This document shows positions 15,515 through 20,000 of a stretch of DNA of 20,000 nucleotides, one piece after another. Every line of letters starts with the position of its first letter. The stretch's first letter is position 1. The translations under genes and the position numbers were made by a program. Where the stretch lies: IMG/VR virus record IMGVR_UViG_3300023174_000066; one strand, 5' to 3'. Origin of the DNA: an uncultured virus (IMG/VR IMGVR_UViG_3300023174_000066) (lineage: Duplodnaviria > Heunggongvirae > Uroviricota > Caudoviricetes). A model generated the notes under the pieces. It was not told where the DNA came from. It saw only the letters and a list, made by a program, of their open reading frames with translations, and made no database searches.

Positions 15515-16576
15515 TTAGTTAGAGTACATTTTTAATACTGCCAGCGGGTCTACCAAAACACCATTCATTTTAATTGCAAGGTGCAGGTGCGGTCCGCTAG
15601 TTCTTCCAGTGTCTCCAACTTTTCCAATTGTCTGATCGATTTCAATCTTATCTCCAACAGATACTGCCACAGAGCCACCAATCATATGAGCGTAGATTAC
15701 TTCCATCCCATGACCAGCGTCTATGGAAACATAATACCCCAAGTCGTAATCGTAGTCAACTTTAGTAACAGTTCCAGCAATGATAGAAGGAATCTTTGTC
15801 CCAGAAGGAACAGTAAAGTCTACCCCCTGATGGTAGGAAGAACACCCCGAACAGGGAGGAGTTCTGTACCCATACCTATCATTAATAGTTGAAGGCTTAA
15901 ATGGGTAGCGCATTATGGGCATATAAAAGCCTGAATCTGGGTCTGGAAGATCACTAGCTACAATATTTTCCGCAGTGAAAGACTGTACTTTTTCTATGCT
16001 ACTAGCAAAGTTAGCACACGGAGCAGTCCCAGCATGCGCCGGAGAGCTAGCTAAAATCACAGTTGAAGCCACCGCCACTACCGCGTACTTCTTTGACTTA
16101 CTTACCGCCTCCTTGCTCCAATGCTGAAAAAGCCCCAGACCTTTAGCCAACTTACTCGGCCCAGGGACTTGCTCTTCAGATAGAACAATCTCTGTTACTG
16201 GAGCCGGATCTGTCTCCACTACGTCCAAAGCTTTAGGCTTCCTGCGGAAAATCCCGTAAATCTCGTCTTTGAAATCCTCAACAAGCTTTGTCACAATGTG
16301 ATCATCAGGGAAGCTGACAAACGCTTTATCGATAATCTCAACAACCCTGTTACGCTCAAAACGAGCAACTTCGTGGTGATTACCAATCCCCTCTGCATAC
16401 TCAAGACACTCTGCTTGATACTGCATGAGACCTCGCTCGTTACCCACGACGCGGATGTAGTTGTCTTTACTACGCTTAAGAACGTAGGCAACTCGGTTTC
16501 TCTGAGAGATACCCGAATCCAACTTCCACCTCTTTCGGAGGCTTTCAAGTTGAGTCTTCTGTGCATTACTTATCAT
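15515..16576 (-). CDS. M23 peptidase with N-terminal extension and internal signal-like segment
   Basis: HQGVD, IYAHM, GDTGRTSGPHLH. Confidence 0.85.
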   Translation of the reverse strand: MISNAQKTQLESLRKRWKLDSGISQRNRVAYVLKRSKDNYIRVVGNERGLMQYQAECLEYAEGIGNHHEVARFERNRVVEIIDKAFVSFPDDHIVTKLVEDFKDEIYGIFRRKPKALDVVETDPAPVTEIVLSEEQVPGPSKLAKGLGLFQHWSKEAVSKSKKYAVVAVASTVILASSPAHAGTAPCANFASSIEKVQSFTAENIVASDLPDPDSGFYMPIMRYPFKPSTINDRYGYRTPPCSGCSSYHQGVDFTVPSGTKIPSIIAGTVTKVDYDYDLGYYVSIDAGHGMEVIYAHMIGGSVAVSVGDKIEIDQTIGKVGDTGRTSGPHLHLAIKMNGVLVDPLAVLKMYSN

Positions 16577-16826
16577 CTAGTTTTCCCCTCTCGATAAGTG
16601 CAATAGCATTCTCTATGACCCAAACAGTTTTAGTGCCTGCTTTGGTCCCCGTGGATGAGGCGGTGTCGCTCATTTTGTTTAATATTGCAATAATGCGTTC
16701 ACGCTCTTTACGAATCCCCTTGTCAACGCCATCTTCTTTGGCGCTCCTAGCAATAGCACCAACCGTCCCCTCCAAGAGTTCACGGCTGTGCTCTGAAACG
16801 ATGCGATTGTAGTTTCCTTTACTCAA
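16566..16826 (-). CDS. ERERII-family small protein
   Basis: KERERIIAIL...AIALIERG. Confidence 0.75.
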   Translation of the reverse strand: MSKGNYNRIVSEHSRELLEGTVGAIARSAKEDGVDKGIRKERERIIAILNKMSDTASSTGTKAGTKTVWVIENAIALIERGKLDDK

Positions 16827-17002
16827 GAGTTTTCTCCCTTGATAAGAGCAATAATGTCAGAGACGTCTGAAAACGCGTAATGCCATTCATCTTTGGCTTC
16901 GATTAGTGCAATGATTCGCTCGCGCTCACGCCGTCTCGCGTGGCTGGCAACTTTACGTTCGCGCTTGTTGCGTGGCTGACGCAAATAGTCAACGAGTGTC
17001 AT
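16823..17002 (-). CDS. ERERII-family small protein (59 aa)
   Basis: TAATG overlap at 17002; RERERIIALI...IIALIKGENS. Confidence 0.75.
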   Translation of the reverse strand: MTLVDYLRQPRNKRERKVASHARRRERERIIALIEAKDEWHYAFSDVSDIIALIKGENS

Positions 17003-17223
17003 TAGTTCTCTCCCTTGATAAGAGCAATAGCCTCGCACATCAGGCAATCGTAATGAATACCTGAAAGATGACTAGTGTTATGCCAATACTCGTGGTTGAG
17101 TAGTTCGATGATGCGTTCACGCTCTTTATTGCGAACATATTCAGCATATGCGTTAATTTCGTCTACATCTTCTTCAGAGAATGCGCTGTTCAGTACCAGC
17201 ATGTTGTGCTCAAACTTAATCAA
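17002..17223 (-). CDS. ERERII-family small protein
   Basis: KERERIIELL...AIALIKGEN. Confidence 0.75.
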   Translation of the reverse strand: MIKFEHNMLVLNSAFSEEDVDEINAYAEYVRNKERERIIELLNHEYWHNTSHLSGIHYDCLMCEAIALIKGEN

Positions 17224-17407
17224 TTTTATCTCCCTTGATTAGCCTATAAATCTGACCGCAGACTCCCATGTCAAAGAATAAATAATTATCCTTGAGTAGT
17301 GCAAGTATGCGCTCGCGCTCGCGCTTAGTAGCAGCTTCTTCAGCCTCTTTGATTAGCCCCTGAACTGCGTGGAGCTCTTGCTTCATTACTTCTTCCCAGT
17401 CATTCAC
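17216..17407 (-). CDS. ERERII-family small protein
   Basis: AGGAGG SD; RERERILALL...LIKGDK. Confidence 0.75.
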   Translation of the reverse strand: MNDWEEVMKQELHAVQGLIKEAEEAATKRERERILALLKDNYLFFDMGVCGQIYRLIKGDKID

Positions 17408-17549
17408 CGGTTTTCCTCCTAGGTTTGTTAATCAAGTATCGAATAATTTCATCAGCCACAGCATACAGAATAACCAGACCAATCAAAATAAAAACAGCAA
17501 GTACCCCATACCCAAACAGCATAAGAGCAGTGTAGATAAATAGTATCAT
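17400..17549 (-). CDS. Small single-TM protein (49 aa)
   Basis: Not in the ORF track; MILFIYTALMLFGYGVLAVFILIGLVILYAVADE...; ATGA overlap. Confidence 0.65.
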   Translation of the reverse strand: MILFIYTALMLFGYGVLAVFILIGLVILYAVADEIIRYLINKPRRKTGE

Positions 17550-17713
17550 TTCGTTTGCTCCTTGATAAGCCAAATAACTTTGCCGAGTGTCAGGGTTCTT
17601 CCGTACTCGTCGTCATACATCTTTTCCAGCAACGCAAGTATTCGTCCACGCTCTTGCTCTGCACCTGTACGTATGTCTTTCTGGCGAAGGGGAGACATTT
17701 TTTTCTCGCTCAT
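17546..17713 (-). CDS. ERERII-family small protein (55 aa)
   Basis: Not in the ORF track; GAEQERGRILALLEK...VIWLIKEQTK; ATGA overlaps. Confidence 0.7.
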   Translation of the reverse strand: MSEKKMSPLRQKDIRTGAEQERGRILALLEKMYDDEYGRTLTLGKVIWLIKEQTK

Positions 17714-17907
17714 GTGGCCTCTTCCTCGATAAGCGCGATGAGTTGGTTGTGATCCATCACTTCAGCGTACTCAGAGTCACGCAACTTGTCAAGTAGTGCA
17801 ATGATTCGTTTGCGCTCTGCGCTACGCCCAAGTTCAAATTGAACTCGACCATGAGCCTTGAGTTCGAGGTCGAAGACTTCTTCCTCGGTAAATATGCGCC
17901 GGATCAT
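17710..17907 (-). CDS. ERERII-family small protein
   Basis: GRSAERKRIIALLDK...LIALIEEE. Confidence 0.75.
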   Translation of the reverse strand: MIRRIFTEEEVFDLELKAHGRVQFELGRSAERKRIIALLDKLRDSEYAEVMDHNQLIALIEEEAT

Positions 17908-18107
17908 CCGTCGTATCCGTAAGAGTAGTCTGTTTCAGACTTAGTGTAGTCACAGGAATTGCATGTGGTGATGATATCTGCTTCATAGCGACCCGTCATT
18001 TCTACCCACTCGGTGCAGTAGGTCAATTTCTCACAGCTGGGGCATTCCCACTCCGAGTCCTCAAACATTCCTTCGTCGGGCGGGTCAATTGGTGCTTCAA
18101 TTCCCAT
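17904..18107 (-). CDS. Small acidic zinc-ribbon protein
   Basis: CPSC...CNSC; AAGGAG SD. Confidence 0.75.
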   Translation of the reverse strand: MGIEAPIDPPDEGMFEDSEWECPSCEKLTYCTEWVEMTGRYEADIITTCNSCDYTKSETDYSYGYDG

Positions 18108-18153
18108 TAGCTTCTGTCTCCTTGTTAGTGGTAGCTTTTGCTACACCACCACA

Positions 18154-18387
18154 TTACTGCTCTCTGAGCATTTTGTCAAGGTCACGCATCAAACTTTTCA
18201 TACGAATTTCTACGTATTGATCTTCTAGATCCTGAAGCCTCTTTTTTAAATCACTATCCCGACGCTCAAGATCTTCTAGACGTCGACGCAAAGCATTTAG
18301 CCTTGCAATATTGTCAGGAGTCCAAGCGTTGTTGGGCTTAGGCTCACCCATTTGATTCTCGTTGTCATCTCTAAAGCTATTGTTCAT
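18154..18387 (-). CDS. Small coiled-coil protein
   Basis: RLNALRRRLEDLERRDSDLKKRLQDLE; probable start ATG 18387. Confidence 0.65.
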   Translation of the reverse strand: MNNSFRDDNENQMGEPKPNNAWTPDNIARLNALRRRLEDLERRDSDLKKRLQDLEDQYVEIRMKSLMRDLDKMLREQ

Positions 18388-18580
18388 CTTTGGCCCACTT
18401 ATCATAAAGATTGACAAGGCCATACATAGTAACTAAGTAAAAGACAATTGAAACAGACCCAACAGAAACAACTACTACCCAGTTATTCAAAGTAGTATCT
18501 CTCACAAATGCAGAAATCGACGCAACTACAACTAGCAAGGCTAGAGCCACGTGCAACACAAACAGAAGTATTTTAATCAA
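18377..18580 (-). CDS. Small 2-TM membrane protein
   Basis: Two hydrophobic segments; GAAAGGA SD before TTG. Confidence 0.7.
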   Translation of the reverse strand: MIKILLFVLHVALALLVVVASISAFVRDTTLNNWVVVVSVGSVSIVFYLVTMYGLVNLYDKWAKDEQ

Positions 18581-18743
18581 CTATCTTAGGTCCTTTCTTT
18601 GAAGGGAGTTTAATTTTCTCAACTTGTCTTTTGTCTTTCCCTTTAATCAGTTTGACAGAAAACCCATTGCCCATACTTACCACAGCTTCCATACGTTCTG
18701 GATCTTTGTCGAAGTCGTGGATTTCCTTACTGACGTCGACCAT
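18573..18743 (-). CDS. Hypothetical protein (56 aa, MVDVSKEIHDFDKDPERMEAVVSMGNGFSVKLIKG...)
   Basis: Not in the ORF track; TAATG overlap; fills the gap. Confidence 0.65.
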   Translation of the reverse strand: MVDVSKEIHDFDKDPERMEAVVSMGNGFSVKLIKGKDKRQVEKIKLPSKKGPKIVD

Positions 18744-18910
18744 TAGTAATTCCTGTTCTCAATCTTGCTGATAATAGCGTCGTATAGTTCTACAACTGCA
18801 GGGTCATTCTGATTCGACCTGTCGTAGCGCAGCGACTCCACGAGAACACGTCTCTCGTTATCTGCTCCACGAACCATGCCTTGCATGTAGGCATTCTCGT
18901 AATCATTCAC
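18743..18910 (-). CDS. ERERII-related small protein
   Basis: YMQGMVRGADNERRVLVESL; probable GTG start at 18910. Confidence 0.65.
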   Translation of the reverse strand: MNDYENAYMQGMVRGADNERRVLVESLRYDRSNQNDPAVVELYDAIISKIENRNY

Positions 18911-19061
18911 CTTCAACCACTCCGTCAATTCTAATAATCAGCTCTACAGCCTCAGCAGACAAATTTTTGTCCCAGTTCTCTAAAATCTTGTTAACCCCGT
19001 CACGAATACGGTTCCGCTCGTCTTGAATACCTCGAAAGTATCCACTAATCTGTTCGTCCAT
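18903..19061 (-). CDS. ERERII-related small protein (52 aa)
   Basis: Not in the ORF track; MDEQISGYFRGIQDERNRIRDGVNKILE... Confidence 0.65.
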   Translation of the reverse strand: MDEQISGYFRGIQDERNRIRDGVNKILENWDKNLSAEAVELIIRIDGVVEGE

Positions 19062-19062
19062 C

Positions 19063-19311
19063 TCATCCATTGTCGGACTCCTTTTCTACTTCGTAGTCTA
19101 GGTCGATGCTATCAATAGCTTTCTGAAGGACGTCGACGGGGTTGACCTCGGCAGACTTAGGGTCTTCTAGGTATTCTCTCTGAAGGCTATATAGAATGTC
19201 TGCAATGCGCTCACGCTCTCGGAGCTCTCCTTCGTGCAGGACAATACCAATAATCATCTCTTGGCTGTCTGTCATGTTTTCCAGAGTAAGCGTCCTATAC
19301 TTCTTGGTCAT
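19063..19311 (-). CDS. ERERII-family small protein; leaderless first gene of the operon
   Basis: GELRERERIADIL; TGG-TAAAGT-N6-ATG. Confidence 0.8.
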   Translation of the reverse strand: MTKKYRTLTLENMTDSQEMIIGIVLHEGELRERERIADILYSLQREYLEDPKSAEVNPVDVLQKAIDSIDLDYEVEKESDNG

Positions 19312-19356
19312 ACCTCTACTTTACCACGAGATAGCCTAAAACTAGCCGGTAACTGC

Positions 19357-19383
19357 AACATTGAACGAACTTCGTTCAAAGTT
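19357..19383. repeat. Inverted pair of the AACTTnnAACGAA motif (operator-like palindrome)
   Basis: AACATTGAACGAA-C-TTCGTTCAAAGTT, upstream of the 19311 promoter. Confidence 0.7.
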
Positions 19384-19430
19384 CATTATAACATTTTAGA
19401 TTTTATTATACAACGTATCATGTTGTACAG

Positions 19431-19452
19431 AAAAGGGCCCCCGAAGGGGCCC
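19431..19452 (-). terminator. Intrinsic terminator with UUCG loop
   Basis: GGGCCCC-TTCG-GGGGCCC-TTTT on the - strand. Confidence 0.9.
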
Positions 19453-19482
19453 TAATACTGGCGTATAGACTTAAACTTAAGT

Positions 19483-19971
19483 TTATACGGGCCAGATATA
19501 TTCGTAGTTTTCAGGCCTGTATCCAGGGTCTTCTTCCCACCCAAACTGGGAGTACCACTCGTATTCCTTGCTAAGTAGGGCAGTCCGGTGGCTGGAGGCA
19601 ATTTCGTCAAAGAAGCTCATGTCTCGAATCCAGGCAGGAGGGTCGGAGGGGTGATCTAGGAGACCAAGCTGCTCAGCACGAAGCATCGTTGCTTGAGCCT
19701 TCTCTCCGATAGTCGAGTTAAATCCTCGACTCTTCCACTCCTTTACCATTGCTTGGATATAGACATACAAGGCCATCTCGTGACCTCTCCACATCTTTAC
19801 AGCTGGGTGGTTCCTCCAACCTTTAGCAGGTCGAAAGTTCCCTTGCGGATCAAGCTCGAGGAGATTCATAAGAATCTGCCAGCCCTCAAGGGCGTTTTTA
19901 TTTAAACGACGATTGTCTAGGTATTTAGCACACGATTCAAATGATTCAGTGCTAGGCATAAATGACTGCAT
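19483..19971 (-). CDS. Pyrimidine-dimer DNA glycosylase-like protein (MSMEG_6728 family)
   Basis: MQSFMP...SCAKYLDNRRLNK..LE..QIL...GWRNHPAVKMWRGHE...SHRTALLSK..EWY...YIWPV. Confidence 0.8.
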   Translation of the reverse strand: MQSFMPSTESFESCAKYLDNRRLNKNALEGWQILMNLLELDPQGNFRPAKGWRNHPAVKMWRGHEMALYVYIQAMVKEWKSRGFNSTIGEKAQATMLRAEQLGLLDHPSDPPAWIRDMSFFDEIASSHRTALLSKEYEWYSQFGWEEDPGYRPENYEYIWPV

Positions 19972-20000
19972 TTACTCTCTTTTCTTTAGGTTAGAGCTAT

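Overview
This is a gene-dense segment of what looks like a large tailed-phage genome infecting an actinobacterium. The host is inferred from the DUF2637, MSMEG_6728-like and actinophage-type holin genes, the leaderless promoters and a GACAC box. Nearly all genes lie on the - strand, apart from a + strand block (7673-10679) and one + strand tRNA-like gene. Recognisable genes are a MoxR/CbbQ-type AAA+ ATPase (truncated by the window edge), a CHAP-like/peptidoglycan-binding protein lacking the catalytic Cys, a Zn-finger terminase-small-subunit-like protein, two glycosyltransferase-like proteins, a PA14-domain exported protein, two M23 peptidases, holin-like proteins, thyX, dut, an HNH endonuclease and a pyrimidine-dimer-glycosylase-like protein. 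Five features stand out. (1) A 13-bp motif, AACTTnnAACGAA, has 10 exact copies plus near-matches. It occurs in all three reading frames inside genes, forms inverted pairs upstream of genes, and changes polarity across a GC-skew switch. (2) A 79-nt tRNA-like RNA has the anticodon hairpin where the D arm should be and a D-loop-like segment after it, and sits back-to-back with an HNH gene. (3) A candidate structured ~120-nt small RNA has its own promoter and terminal hairpin. (4) An AT-rich iteron-like region may be an origin. (5) About 11 small paralogues share an ERERII motif. All calls come from manual reading; no database search was run.
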